From Candidatus Enterenecus avicola (GTDB lineage: Bacteria > Bacillota > Clostridia > Oscillospirales > Oscillospiraceae): DNA of 46,671 nt. Made by a program: the position numbers and the translations under genes. The stretch spans positions 1 to 46,671 of the forward strand of contig DVKO01000114.1 of assembly GCA_018715985.1 (NCBI GenBank), written 5' to 3'. The notes under the pieces are model-generated. The model saw only the letters and a list, made by a program, of their open reading frames with translations, searched no databases and was not told the DNA's origin. Numbering within the stretch: position 1 is the first letter of the stretch; each line of letters starts with the position of its first letter. This document shows positions 27,238-36,804 of the stretch, piece after piece.

Positions 27238-27948
27238 ATGAACAAACTGGAACAGCTGTATGAGGGCAAGGCCAAGAAGGTATTCGCCACCGAAGACCCC
27301 AACGTTGTGATTGTCTCCTACAAGGACGACGCCACCGCCTTTGACGGCGCCAAGAAGGGCACCATCATGGGCAAGGGCGCCATCAACAACCAGATGAGCA
27401 ATTTCCTCATGTCCCAGCTGGAGAAGGCCGGCGTTCCCACCCACCTGGTGGAGGAGCTCAACGAGCGTGAGACCGCCGTGAAGAAGGTGTCCATCGTCCC
27501 CCTGGAGGTCATCATCCGCAACATCTCTGCCGGTTCCTTTGCCAAGCGCTACGGCGTGAAGGAGGGCATTGTGTTTGACCAGCCCACCATCGAGTTCTCC
27601 TACAAGAACGACGACCTCCACGACCCCCTCATCAACTCCTATCACGCTGTGGCTTTGAAGCTGGCCACCTGGGAAGAGATCGAGCAGATCAAGACTTACG
27701 CCTTTGCCGTCAACGAGTTTTTGAAAAAGACTCTGGCCGAGTGCGGCGTGACCCTGGTGGACTTCAAGCTGGAGTTTGGCAAGACTTCCGATGGCACCAT
27801 CGTCCTGGCCGACGAGATCAGCCCCGACACCTGCCGTTTCTGGGACTCCAAGACCGGTGAGAAGCTGGATAAGGACCGCTTCCGTCGGGACCTGGGCAAC
27901 GTGGAGGGCGCTTATCAGGAGATGAGCCGCCGCCTCATGGGCAAGTAA
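27238..27948 (+). CDS. purC: SAICAR synthetase
   Basis: [33 protein letters not shown] and DKD.FR motifs. Confidence 0.96.
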   Translation: MNKLEQLYEGKAKKVFATEDPNVVIVSYKDDATAFDGAKKGTIMGKGAINNQMSNFLMSQLEKAGVPTHLVEELNERETAVKKVSIVPLEVIIRNISAGSFAKRYGVKEGIVFDQPTIEFSYKNDDLHDPLINSYHAVALKLATWEEIEQIKTYAFAVNEFLKKTLAECGVTLVDFKLEFGKTSDGTIVLADEISPDTCRFWDSKTGEKLDKDRFRRDLGNVEGAYQEMSRRLMGK

Positions 27949-27967
27949 TGGACTGAGGAGGAACAGC

Positions 27968-29392
27968 ATGGGAGGTTTTTTTGGCGCCGTCTCCAAGCGG
28001 GACGTGACACTTGACATCTTTTTCGGCGTGGACTACCACTCTCACCTGGGCACTCGCCGCGGCGGCATGATCATTCATGACGCCACCGATGGGTTCCAGC
28101 GTCAGATCCACTCCATTGAAAATACCCCCTTCCGCACCAAGTTTGAGAAGGATCTCCACGACTTCCACGGCTGCAGCGGCATCGGCTGCATCAGCGACAC
28201 CGATCCCCAGCCCCTGCTGGTGCGCTCCCACCTGGGCCTGTACGCCATCACCACCGTGGGTGTCATCACCAACACCGACCAGCTGGTGGCCCAGCACTTC
28301 TCCACCCCCGGCCACCAGTTCATGGCCATGAGCTCCGGCAAGGTCAACGCCACCGAGCTCACCGCTGCCCTCATCAATCAGAAAACCAACCTCATCGACG
28401 GCATCCGCAACGCCCAGGAGAAGATTGAGGGGTCCATGACCCTGCTCATTCTCACTGAGCACGGCGAGATCATCGCCGCCCGGGACCGTCTGGGCCGTCT
28501 GCCCGTGCTCATCGGCAAAGGCCCCGAGGGCCACTGTGTGTCCTTTGAGTCCTTCGCCTATCACAAGCTGGGCTACGAGGACGCCTACGAACTGGGCCCC
28601 CGGGAGATCGTCCGGGTCACTGCCGACGGGTTCCAGACCCTGGTCCCCGCCGGTGACGAGATGAAGATTTGCGCCTTCCTTTGGACCTACTACGGCTACC
28701 CCAACTCCAACTACGAGGGGGTCAACGTGGAGGTCATGCGCTATCGCAACGGCGAGATCATGGCCCGGAATGAAGAGGCCCGTGGCGTGATGCCGGATGT
28801 GGACTTTGTGGCCGGCGTGCCCGACTCCGGGCTTCCCCACGCCATCGGGTATGCCAACAAGAGCGGGAAGCAGTTTGCCCGCCCCTTTGTGAAATACACC
28901 CCCACATGGCCCCGCTCCTTCATGCCCGCCAACCAGGAGGTGCGCAACCAGGTGGCCAAGATGAAGCAGATCCCTGTGCCCGAGCTCATCCAGGACAAGA
29001 AGCTCCTGTTCGTGGATGACTCCATCGTCCGGGGCACCCAGCTGCGTGAGACCGTGGACTTTCTCTACGAGTCCGGGGCCAAGGAAGTGCATATGCGCTC
29101 TGCCTGCCCCCCCATCATGTACAGCTGCAAATACCTGAACTTCTCCCGGGGCAACTCCGACATGGACCTGCTGGCCCGGCGCACCATTCAGGAGCTGGAG
29201 GGCGACGAGGGGCAGAAGCACCTGGAGGAGTATGCCGACGCCAACACCCAGCGGGGCCAGTGTATGCTCAAGGCCATTTGTGAGAAGATGGGCTTTGACT
29301 CCCTGGGCTATCAGTCTCTGGACGGCCTGCTGGAGTCCATCGGCCTGGACCGGGACAAGGTGTGCACCTACTGCTGGAACGGAAAGGAGTAA
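27968..29392 (+). CDS. purF: Amidophosphoribosyltransferase (atypical MGGFFG N-terminus)
   Basis: [25 protein letters not shown] motif and C..CW; located between purC and purM. Confidence 0.9.
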   Translation: MGGFFGAVSKRDVTLDIFFGVDYHSHLGTRRGGMIIHDATDGFQRQIHSIENTPFRTKFEKDLHDFHGCSGIGCISDTDPQPLLVRSHLGLYAITTVGVITNTDQLVAQHFSTPGHQFMAMSSGKVNATELTAALINQKTNLIDGIRNAQEKIEGSMTLLILTEHGEIIAARDRLGRLPVLIGKGPEGHCVSFESFAYHKLGYEDAYELGPREIVRVTADGFQTLVPAGDEMKICAFLWTYYGYPNSNYEGVNVEVMRYRNGEIMARNEEARGVMPDVDFVAGVPDSGLPHAIGYANKSGKQFARPFVKYTPTWPRSFMPANQEVRNQVAKMKQIPVPELIQDKKLLFVDDSIVRGTQLRETVDFLYESGAKEVHMRSACPPIMYSCKYLNFSRGNSDMDLLARRTIQELEGDEGQKHLEEYADANTQRGQCMLKAICEKMGFDSLGYQSLDGLLESIGLDRDKVCTYCWNGKE

Positions 29393-29397
29393 TCTTC

Positions 29398-30447
29398 ATG
29401 AATCATTCTGACTCTCACTCTGCCTCCTACGCCGCCGCTGGTGTAGACGTCACCGCCGGTTACGAGGCGGTACGCCGCATCAAGCCCATGGTGGAATCCA
29501 CCTACATTCCCGGCGTCATGGGTACCCTGGGCGGCTTTGGCGGGATGTTTGCCCCGGACCTGTCCGGCATGAAAAAGCCGGTTCTGGTCTCCGGCACCGA
29601 CGGCGTGGGCACCAAGCTGAAGTTGGCCTTCCTCATGGACAAGCATGACACCGTGGGCATCGACTGCGTGGCCATGTGTGTCAACGACATCATCTGCGGC
29701 GGCGCCATGCCTCTGTTCTTCCTGGACTACATCGCCTGCGGCAAGAACGACCCCGCCCGCATTGCCGACATCGTCACCGGCATCACCGAGGGCTGCCGCC
29801 AGGCCGGCTGCGCCCTGGTGGGCGGCGAGACCGCCGAGATGCCCGGCTTCTACCCCGTAGACGAATACGACCTGGCCGGATTCTCCGTAGGGTTAGTGGA
29901 CGAGGAGAAAATCATCGACGGCAAATCCCTTGCCGAGGGTGACGTTCTCATCGGCCTTGCCTCCTCCGGCGTCCACTCCAACGGCTTCTCCCTGGTGCGC
30001 AAGGTCTTTGACGTGGAGCACGCCGATCTCAAGACTCCCATGGACGAGCTGGACGGCAAGAGCCTGGGCCAGGCCCTGCTGGAGCCCACCCGCATCTACG
30101 TCAAGGCGATCAAGGCCGTGCTGGGCGCCGGTGTGGACGTTCACGCCGTCAGCCACATCACCGGCGGCGGCTTCTATGAGAATGTGCCCCGCATGATGGT
30201 GGACGGCCTCACCGCCCGCATCAAGCTGGACTCCTTCCCCACCCTGCCCATCTTCTCCCTCATCCAGAAGGCAGGCAACATCCCCACGCGGGATATGTAC
30301 AACACCTTCAACATGGGTATCGGCATGATTCTGGCCGTCCCCGCCGCCCAGGCCCGGACCGCCCTGGATGCCCTGGCCCAGGCCGGTGAGACTGCCTATG
30401 CCATCGGCAGCGTGGTCTCCGGCCAGGCTGGCGTAGAGTTGGTGTAA
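29398..30447 (+). CDS. purM: AIR synthetase
   Basis: [38 protein letters not shown] and FNMGIG motifs. Confidence 0.96.
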   Translation: MNHSDSHSASYAAAGVDVTAGYEAVRRIKPMVESTYIPGVMGTLGGFGGMFAPDLSGMKKPVLVSGTDGVGTKLKLAFLMDKHDTVGIDCVAMCVNDIICGGAMPLFFLDYIACGKNDPARIADIVTGITEGCRQAGCALVGGETAEMPGFYPVDEYDLAGFSVGLVDEEKIIDGKSLAEGDVLIGLASSGVHSNGFSLVRKVFDVEHADLKTPMDELDGKSLGQALLEPTRIYVKAIKAVLGAGVDVHAVSHITGGGFYENVPRMMVDGLTARIKLDSFPTLPIFSLIQKAGNIPTRDMYNTFNMGIGMILAVPAAQARTALDALAQAGETAYAIGSVVSGQAGVELV

Positions 30448-30450
30448 TCC

Positions 30451-31089
30451 ATGGGAAAGCGTATTGCCGTTCTGGTGTCCGGCGGCGGCACCAACCTGCA
30501 AGCCCTCATTGACGCCCAGGCCCGGGGCGAGCTGTCCGGCGGCACCATCGCCGCGGTCATCTCCTCCAAGCCCGGAGCCTACGCCCTGGAGCGGGCGGAC
30601 AAGGCGGGCATCCCCCACTTTGTCATCCCCCGCAAGGACTATCCCTCCAACCAGGCCATGACCCAGGCCCTGGTGGCCAAGCTGAAGGAACTGGACATTG
30701 ACCTGGTGGTGCTGGCGGGCTTTATGATTATTCTCACCTCTGAAATGGTCAGCGCCTACCCCAACGCCATCCTGAACGTCCACCCCGCCCTCATCCCCTC
30801 CTTCTGCGGGGAGGGCTGCTATGGCCTCCACGTCCACGAGAAAGCCCTGGAATACGGGGTGAAGGTGTCCGGCGCCACCGTCCATTTCGTCTCTGAGGAG
30901 TGCGACGGCGGCCCCATCGTCCTGCAACGGTCTGTGGCCGTAGAGGAGGGGGACACCCCCGAGACCTTGCAGCGGCGCATCATGGAGCAGGCCGAGTGGA
31001 AGATCCTGCCCCAGGCCGTCTCCCTGTTCTGCCAGGACCGCCTGCGCGTCCAGGGCCGCGTGGTCCACATCCTGCCCCCCAAAGCTTGA
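30451..31089 (+). CDS. purN: GAR transformylase
   Basis: VSGGGTNLQA, LAGFM, N.HP.L.P.F.G and GATVH.V....D.GPI motifs. Confidence 0.96.
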   Translation: MGKRIAVLVSGGGTNLQALIDAQARGELSGGTIAAVISSKPGAYALERADKAGIPHFVIPRKDYPSNQAMTQALVAKLKELDIDLVVLAGFMIILTSEMVSAYPNAILNVHPALIPSFCGEGCYGLHVHEKALEYGVKVSGATVHFVSEECDGGPIVLQRSVAVEEGDTPETLQRRIMEQAEWKILPQAVSLFCQDRLRVQGRVVHILPPKA

Positions 31090-31115
31090 CAAAAGCGCTC
31101 AGGGCATGATATATT
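31086..31115 (+). promoter_or_regulatory. Internal sigma-A promoter for the ZTP-regulated unit
   Basis: TTGACA overlapping the purN stop, N18, then TGnTATATT. Confidence 0.55.
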
Positions 31116-31120
31116 TAACA

Positions 31121-31219
31121 GGCTATATGACTGACGGAAGTGGGTTGACCACAGGGAGTATAGCCGTAGAAATGCCGACCGTCTGGGCGCACCTATCCGG
31201 GGATGGGTGCGCCCTTTTT
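31121..31219 (+). ncRNA. ZMP/ZTP (pfl) riboswitch with overlapping terminator
   Basis: P1 GGCTATA/TATAGCC, TGACTGACGGAA, GTGG..CCAC.GGGAG, P3 GCCGACCGTCTGGGC; terminator GGGCGCACCTATCC/GGATGGGTGCGCCC-TTTTT; upstream of AICAR transformylase. Confidence 0.93.
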
Positions 31220-31250
31220 GTTGCACCAACACCACTGAGGAGGTACCACT

Positions 31251-31964
31251 ATGACAACTTTGGATCTGTGCCAGGAGCTGTCCCGAAACCCCTACCCCGG
31301 CCGCGGCATTGTGCTGGGCCGCACCGCCGACAACAAGCACGCGGTCATCGCCTACTTTATCATGGGCCGCAGCGAGAACAGCCGCAACCGCATCTTCGAG
31401 GAGACGGAGGACGGCATCCGCACCCGGGCCTTTGATGAGAGCAAGATGACCGATCCCTCCCTCATCATCTACCATCCCGTGCGCCAGGTGGGTGAGGACA
31501 CCATCGTCACCAACGGCGACCAGACCGACACCATCCAGCAGGGTCTGCTCTCCGGCAAGACCTTCGCCGAGTCCCTGCGCTCCCGCTGCTTCGAGCCTGA
31601 TCCCCCCAACTACACCCCGCGCATTTCCGGACTGCTCCTCAAGGACGGCAGCTACAAGCTGTCCATTCTGAAGTCCGCCTACGGCAACCCCAACTGCAAC
31701 CTGCGTTACTTCTATGAATATGACGCTCCTCTGCCTGGCACCGGACACTTCATCCACACCTATCAGGAGAACGCCGATCCCCTGCCCTCCTTTGAGGGGG
31801 AACCCCGCCTGGTGGCCATCACCGCCCCCGATGCGGAGACCCTGGCCGGGGATCTGTGGCTGTCCCTCAACGACGAGAACAAGGTCTCCCTCTTCGTCCG
31901 CTACATCGACCTGGAGACTGGCGACAGCGAGACTTCCATCATCAACAAACACTGGGAGGTTTAA
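31251..31964 (+). CDS. Stand-alone IMP cyclohydrolase (PurO-like family)
   Basis: YPGRGI, YFIMGRS.NSRNR, DPSLIIY.P, IVTNGDQTD and EPD.PNYTPRISG motifs. Confidence 0.88.
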   Translation: MTTLDLCQELSRNPYPGRGIVLGRTADNKHAVIAYFIMGRSENSRNRIFEETEDGIRTRAFDESKMTDPSLIIYHPVRQVGEDTIVTNGDQTDTIQQGLLSGKTFAESLRSRCFEPDPPNYTPRISGLLLKDGSYKLSILKSAYGNPNCNLRYFYEYDAPLPGTGHFIHTYQENADPLPSFEGEPRLVAITAPDAETLAGDLWLSLNDENKVSLFVRYIDLETGDSETSIINKHWEV

Positions 31965-31967
31965 TCC

Positions 31968-33140
31968 ATGCGTGAACTGGAACTGAAATACGGCTGTAAC
32001 CCCAACCAAAAACCCGCTCGTATCTACATGGACGAGGGAGAGCTGCCCCTGACCGTGCTCAACGGCAAGCCCGGGTACATCAACTTTATGGACGCCCTCA
32101 ACTCCTGGCAGCTGGTGAAGGCCCTGAAGAAGGCCACCGGCCTGCCCGCTGCCGCCTCCTTCAAGCACGTCTCCCCCGCCGGTGCCGCCCTGGGCACCCC
32201 CCTCACTGAGGTAGAGAAACAGATCTACTTTGCCGACGGCTTTGACACCTCCCCCATCGCCTGCGCCTACATCAAGGCCCGGGGCGCCGACCGCCTGTGC
32301 TCTTACGGCGACTGGGCCGCCCTGTCCGACGTGTGCGATGAGCCCACCGCCCGCTTCCTGGCCATGGAGGTGTCCGACGGCATCATTGCCCCCGGCTACA
32401 CCGACGAGGCTCTGGCCATTCTCAAGGCCAAGAAGAAGGGCAACTACAACGTGGTGCAGATTGACCCCAACTACGAGCCCGCCCCCATTGAAACCCGCCA
32501 CATCTACGGCATCACCTTCCAGCAGGGCTACAACAACTTTGAGATCAACGAAAGTCTGCTGGACAACATTGTCACAGAGAACAAGGAGCTGCCCGCGTCT
32601 GCCCGCCACGACCTGCTGCTGGCCCTGCTCACCCTGAAGTACACCCAGTCCAACTCCGTGTGCTATGTGAAAAACGGCCAGACCATCGGCGTGGGCGCCG
32701 GACAGCAGAGCCGCATCCACTGCACCCGTCTGGCCGGCTCTAAGGCGGACAACTGGATGTTGCGCCAGCATCCCAAGGTGCTGGGGCTTCCGTTCGTGGA
32801 CGGCATCCGCCGCCCCAACCGGGACAACGCCATCGACGTGTACATCTCCGACGAGTATGAGGACGTGCTGGCCGAGGGCGTGTGGCAGGAGACCTTTAAG
32901 GTCAAGCCTGAGCCCCTCACCGCCCAGGAGAAAAAGGCCTGGATCGCCCAGATGCAGGGGGTGTCCCTGGGCTCTGACGCCTTCTTCCCCTTCGGTGACA
33001 ATGTGGAGCGGGCCCACAAGTCCGGCGTGGCCTACATCGCCCAGCCCGGCGGGTCCATTCGGGATGACAACGTCATTGACACCTGCAACAAGTACGGGAT
33101 CGTCATGGCCTTCACCGGAATGCGCCTGTTCCACCACTAA
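31968..33140 (+). CDS. purH: AICAR transformylase (PurH lacking the N-terminal cyclohydrolase/MGS domain)
   Basis: LKYG.NPNQ, SFKHVSPAG, KYTQSNSV, GAGQQSRIHC, SDAFFPF and GMRLFHH motifs. Confidence 0.92.
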   Translation: MRELELKYGCNPNQKPARIYMDEGELPLTVLNGKPGYINFMDALNSWQLVKALKKATGLPAAASFKHVSPAGAALGTPLTEVEKQIYFADGFDTSPIACAYIKARGADRLCSYGDWAALSDVCDEPTARFLAMEVSDGIIAPGYTDEALAILKAKKKGNYNVVQIDPNYEPAPIETRHIYGITFQQGYNNFEINESLLDNIVTENKELPASARHDLLLALLTLKYTQSNSVCYVKNGQTIGVGAGQQSRIHCTRLAGSKADNWMLRQHPKVLGLPFVDGIRRPNRDNAIDVYISDEYEDVLAEGVWQETFKVKPEPLTAQEKKAWIAQMQGVSLGSDAFFPFGDNVERAHKSGVAYIAQPGGSIRDDNVIDTCNKYGIVMAFTGMRLFHH

Positions 33141-33155
33141 GAGGAGGGTCCATTC

Positions 33156-34412
33156 ATGAGAGTACTCGTAGTGGGCGGCGGCGGCCGAGAGCACGCCATC
33201 TGCTGGAAGCTGGCCCAGTCCCCCAAGGTAACTGAGCTCTTCTGCGCCCCCGGCAACGCCGGCATTGCCCAGGTGGCCACCTGCGTGGATGTGAAGGCCA
33301 CCGATGTGCCCGGCATGGTGGCCTGGGCTAAAGAAAATCACATGGATTTTGTCATGGTGGCCCCGGATGATCCCCTGGCTATGGGCATGGTGGACGCTCT
33401 GGAAGCCGTCGGCATTCCCGCCTTCGGCCCCCGGGCCAACGCCGCCATCATCGAGGCCAGCAAGGCCTTCTCCAAGGAGCTGATGGCCAAATATCATATT
33501 CCCACTGCACGCTATGCCACCTTCACCGAACTGGACAAGGCTCTGGCTTACATTGACCAGCAGGGCGCCCCCATTGTGATCAAGGCCGACGGCCTGGCCC
33601 TGGGCAAGGGCGTGGTAGTAGCTGCCACCGTAGAGGAAGCCAAACAGGCCGCCACCGAGATGATGGCGGACAAGAAGTTCGGCGAGTCCGGCTCCACCGT
33701 GGTCATTGAGGAGTGCATGACCGGCCCCGAGGTCACCGTTCTGGCCTTCGCCGACGGCAAGCACGTGGTGCCCATGCCCGCCAGCCAGGATCACAAACGG
33801 GCCTTCGACGGCAATCAGGGTCCCAACACCGGAGGGATGGGCGCCATCTCTCCCCCGCCCCAGTACACCCCGGAGATTGCCCGGCAGTGCATGGAGGAGA
33901 TCTTCCAGCCCACCATTGACGCGCTTCAGACCGAGGGCCGTCCCTTCCATGGCGTCATCTACTTTGGTCTGATGCTCACCCCCAAGGGCCCCCGTGTGGT
34001 GGAGTACAACGCCCGCTTCGGCGACCCCGAGTGCCAGGTGGTGCTCTCCCTGCTGGACACCGACCTGATGGACATTCTCCAGGCCTGCGTGGATGGCACT
34101 CTGGACCAGCTGGACATCCGTTGGAAGAACGAGGCCGGGTGCGTGCTGGTGCTGGCCTCCGGCGGCTATCCCCTGTCCTACCAGAAGGGCTACCCCATCT
34201 CTGGCCTGGAGGAGGCGGGCAAGACCGCCGTGGTGTTCCACGCTGGCACTGCCCTCAAGGATGGGCAATATGTCACCAACGGTGGCCGGGTGCTGGGCGT
34301 CACCACCACTGCCCCCACCCTGGAGGAAGCCATCTCCAAGGCCTATGAAGCTGGTAAGCATATCTCCTTTCCCGATATGCACTACCGCACCGACATTGGC
34401 CACGCCTTTTAA
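33156..34412 (+). CDS. purD: Phosphoribosylamine--glycine ligase
   Basis: GGGGREHA, KADGLA.GKGV, QDHKR...G..GPNTGGMG, EYNARFGDPE and GGRVL motifs. Confidence 0.96.
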   Translation: MRVLVVGGGGREHAICWKLAQSPKVTELFCAPGNAGIAQVATCVDVKATDVPGMVAWAKENHMDFVMVAPDDPLAMGMVDALEAVGIPAFGPRANAAIIEASKAFSKELMAKYHIPTARYATFTELDKALAYIDQQGAPIVIKADGLALGKGVVVAATVEEAKQAATEMMADKKFGESGSTVVIEECMTGPEVTVLAFADGKHVVPMPASQDHKRAFDGNQGPNTGGMGAISPPPQYTPEIARQCMEEIFQPTIDALQTEGRPFHGVIYFGLMLTPKGPRVVEYNARFGDPECQVVLSLLDTDLMDILQACVDGTLDQLDIRWKNEAGCVLVLASGGYPLSYQKGYPISGLEEAGKTAVVFHAGTALKDGQYVTNGGRVLGVTTTAPTLEEAISKAYEAGKHISFPDMHYRTDIGHAF

Positions 34413-34433
34413 CTCATTCAAAGGAGCATTTCC

Positions 34434-34877
34434 ATGATTACTTTGGCCCAGCGCATCACTGAGCTGCGCACCCAGAAGGGTATGAGCCGCCCCGAACTGT
34501 CCCTGGCTCTGGGGCTGCCCAAAACCGCTGTGGAGAAATTTGAAACCGGGCGTCAGACCCCCACCCAGGAGCAGCAGAAGAAAATGGCCACCTATTTCGG
34601 CGTGTCCTTGTTCTACCTCCGGGGGGAGAGCAACGACCCCACCACCCAGGAGTCCTGGATGACCGGCTCTGTCCCCGACGAGCCGGTGGTGGAGCCCGTC
34701 CGGCCCCGCCGGGCTCCGGCCCCCCAGCCTCCTGTAAAGGAAGGCTCCATGCTGGACCCCATTTTGAAAAGCGCCGGGTTCCGCCAGGCCGTCCATGACG
34801 CCGTGCTGGACGTTCTCCGCTCCAAGGAGGGCCAGCAGCTGCTGGAGCAGGCTGTGGCACGGTATCTGCGCAAATGA
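34434..34877 (+). CDS. XRE-family HTH transcriptional regulator
   Basis: RI.ELR..KG.S..EL...LG......KFE.G..TP and A.YFGVS..YL.G pattern; AAGGAG RBS. Confidence 0.8.
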   Translation: MITLAQRITELRTQKGMSRPELSLALGLPKTAVEKFETGRQTPTQEQQKKMATYFGVSLFYLRGESNDPTTQESWMTGSVPDEPVVEPVRPRRAPAPQPPVKEGSMLDPILKSAGFRQAVHDAVLDVLRSKEGQQLLEQAVARYLRK

Positions 34878-34880
34878 GAG

Positions 34881-34916
34881 AAAACGGACCGAATGGAACT
34901 CCATTCGGTCCGTTTT
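34881..34916. terminator. Terminator hairpin (insertion target of MITE copy A)
   Basis: AAAACGGACCGAATGGA-AC-TCCATTCGGTCCGTTTT. Confidence 0.8.
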
Positions 34917-35102
34917 GAGCGTGTCGAAAAAGTTCGACACGCTTCTCAAAAATGCAAGCATTTTTTCGAGGGGATGCAGCCCGCTGTATGCATAATCGGG
35001 TCAAAGTACGACCCGATTCCACACTGGCGGGCTCCAGAAGTGTTTTTTTCGATGCTCATGTCCCCGAAAAAACAGATTTTCGATTTATTTTTCCATCTTC
35101 GG
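34917..35102 (+). mobile_element. MITE copy A (right end lost)
   Basis: Near-identical to 44130-44313; begins GAGCGTGTCGAAAAAG directly after the hairpin; similarity stops at CCATCTTCGG. Confidence 0.8.
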
Positions 35103-35225
35103 CTCCAGCTGGGCCAGCGTGGTTTTCCCCAACCGCAGCCGCCAGAGGACGATGGGCTTCCACTTGCCCCGGATCATGTCGTGTACCAGTTCCAGCGGGC
35201 AGGTATAGGTATCTCTGAGTTTCAT
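35085..35225 (-). pseudogene. Truncated HxlR-family winged-HTH regulator
   Basis: GGAGGAGG RBS; MKLRDTYTCPLELVHDMIRGKWKPIVLWRL has the CP...I.GKWK..IL HxlR signature; runs into MITE copy A and stops after 46 aa. Confidence 0.8.
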
Positions 35226-35246
35226 CTGTTCCTCCTCCCTGCTCTT

Positions 35247-36794
35247 TTACAACAGCGGCGCGAAAACCTGCAAAATCTCCCGGACCAGGCGGTGATAGTA
35301 GGGCACGCTCTTACATTGCGCCAGCGTCACCTCCACGCTTTTCTCCTGGGTGCGTAAAAAGTCACTGCGAATTTCGTGGACGGTGGGCGTGCCGTAGAGC
35401 AGCACGCCATTTTCAAAATGCAGGAACATACTCCGGTAGTCCAGATTGACCGTGCCCACGGTGGCATAGCAGTCGTCCACCACAAAGTTTTTGCTGTGGA
35501 TGAAGCCAGGAGCATATTCGTAGATCTTCACGCCCGCCTCCAGCAGCTCCTCATAGTATGCCCGGGTCACCTCGAACACCGTCTTTTTGTCTGGAATATG
35601 GGGGGTGATGATGCGCACATCCACCCCTGACTTGGCCGCCGTAGTCAGGGCAACGGTCATGGAGTAGTCGATGACCAGATATGGCGTAGTGATATATACA
35701 TAGCGCTTGGCCCGGTTGATGAGGTTGAGATACACCGACAGCCCCACCGCCTCATTGTCCCAGGGGCAGTCCTGGTAGGGCTGCACATACCCCACCTCGC
35801 TCCATCCCGAGGGCTGGGGCCGGTATGCGTCAAAGTCCTCCTGGCTGTTCTCGGTGAAATCCCACATGGACAGGAAGGACACGGTCATGGACCACACCGC
35901 ATCCCCTTCCAGTCGGATGGCGGAGTCCTTCCAGTGACCAAACCTGGATTTGACATTGATGTACTCGTCGGCCATATTGATTCCCCCGGTGAAGGCCACC
36001 TGACCGTCGATAATCATATACTTTCGGTGGTCCCGGTTGTTCTGCCGCAGGGAGATCACCGGAAGAATGCGGTTAAACACCCGGCACTGAATGCCCAGCT
36101 TCTCCATGCGCTCTGGGTAGTCCGCAGGCAGAGTGAAGATGGAGCCCACATCATCGTAGATGACCCGGACCTCCACTCCCTGCTGCACCTTCACCTGGAG
36201 CACATCCAGGATGGAGTTCCAAAGTTTTCCCTCTTCAATGATAAAGTACTCAATGAAGATGTACCGCTTGGCCCCCCACAGGGCGGCCAGGATGTCACTG
36301 TAACAGTTGTCCCCCAGGGGATAATAGTGGCTTTTTGTGTTGCCATATACGGGGCAGTGGGCCATCTGCTCCAGATAGTTGGCCATGCACGCCGCATCCG
36401 AGCCGATAAGCTGGGTCAGAGCCCCGGATTTGTGGCACTCCTCCCCCAGATTTTGCTGAATCTTCTCCTCCATGATGCGCAGCCGCTTCTGGTTGAAGCT
36501 GGACAGATGGTTGCCGCCCAACAGCAAATAAGCCAGGGAGCCGAAGGGCATCAGCCCCAGGACAATGATGATCCAGCTGATCTTATACCCCGGATTGCTG
36601 CTGCTGGCCACAATCCACACCACCACCAGGATGGACAGCACCAAAAAAGCCCAGTGTACGACATTGTAAATGGGGGTCTCCTGGAGAATGGACAGAGCAA
36701 AGACGTAGAATCCCATCTGAATGACAATGAGACTGGCCATAATGCCCACCCGATGAAAGAGCAGGCTTCCAATGTGTGTGAGTATCCGATTCAT
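35247..36794 (-). CDS. cls: Cardiolipin synthase
   Basis: N-terminal TM helices and two HKD motifs (HRKYMIIDG, HSKNFVVDD). Confidence 0.93.
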   Translation of the reverse strand: MNRILTHIGSLLFHRVGIMASLIVIQMGFYVFALSILQETPIYNVVHWAFLVLSILVVVWIVASSSNPGYKISWIIIVLGLMPFGSLAYLLLGGNHLSSFNQKRLRIMEEKIQQNLGEECHKSGALTQLIGSDAACMANYLEQMAHCPVYGNTKSHYYPLGDNCYSDILAALWGAKRYIFIEYFIIEEGKLWNSILDVLQVKVQQGVEVRVIYDDVGSIFTLPADYPERMEKLGIQCRVFNRILPVISLRQNNRDHRKYMIIDGQVAFTGGINMADEYINVKSRFGHWKDSAIRLEGDAVWSMTVSFLSMWDFTENSQEDFDAYRPQPSGWSEVGYVQPYQDCPWDNEAVGLSVYLNLINRAKRYVYITTPYLVIDYSMTVALTTAAKSGVDVRIITPHIPDKKTVFEVTRAYYEELLEAGVKIYEYAPGFIHSKNFVVDDCYATVGTVNLDYRSMFLHFENGVLLYGTPTVHEIRSDFLRTQEKSVEVTLAQCKSVPYYHRLVREILQVFAPLL

Positions 36795-36804
36795 GGCTTC
36801 TCCT

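Noticed and set aside
30819-34961. Very long antisense ORFs (1380 aa here; also 37297..40248, 15011..17650, 40641..43088, 12821..14959)
   Set aside because: Shadow frames of GC3-rich genes on the opposite strand, with no motifs or RBS.
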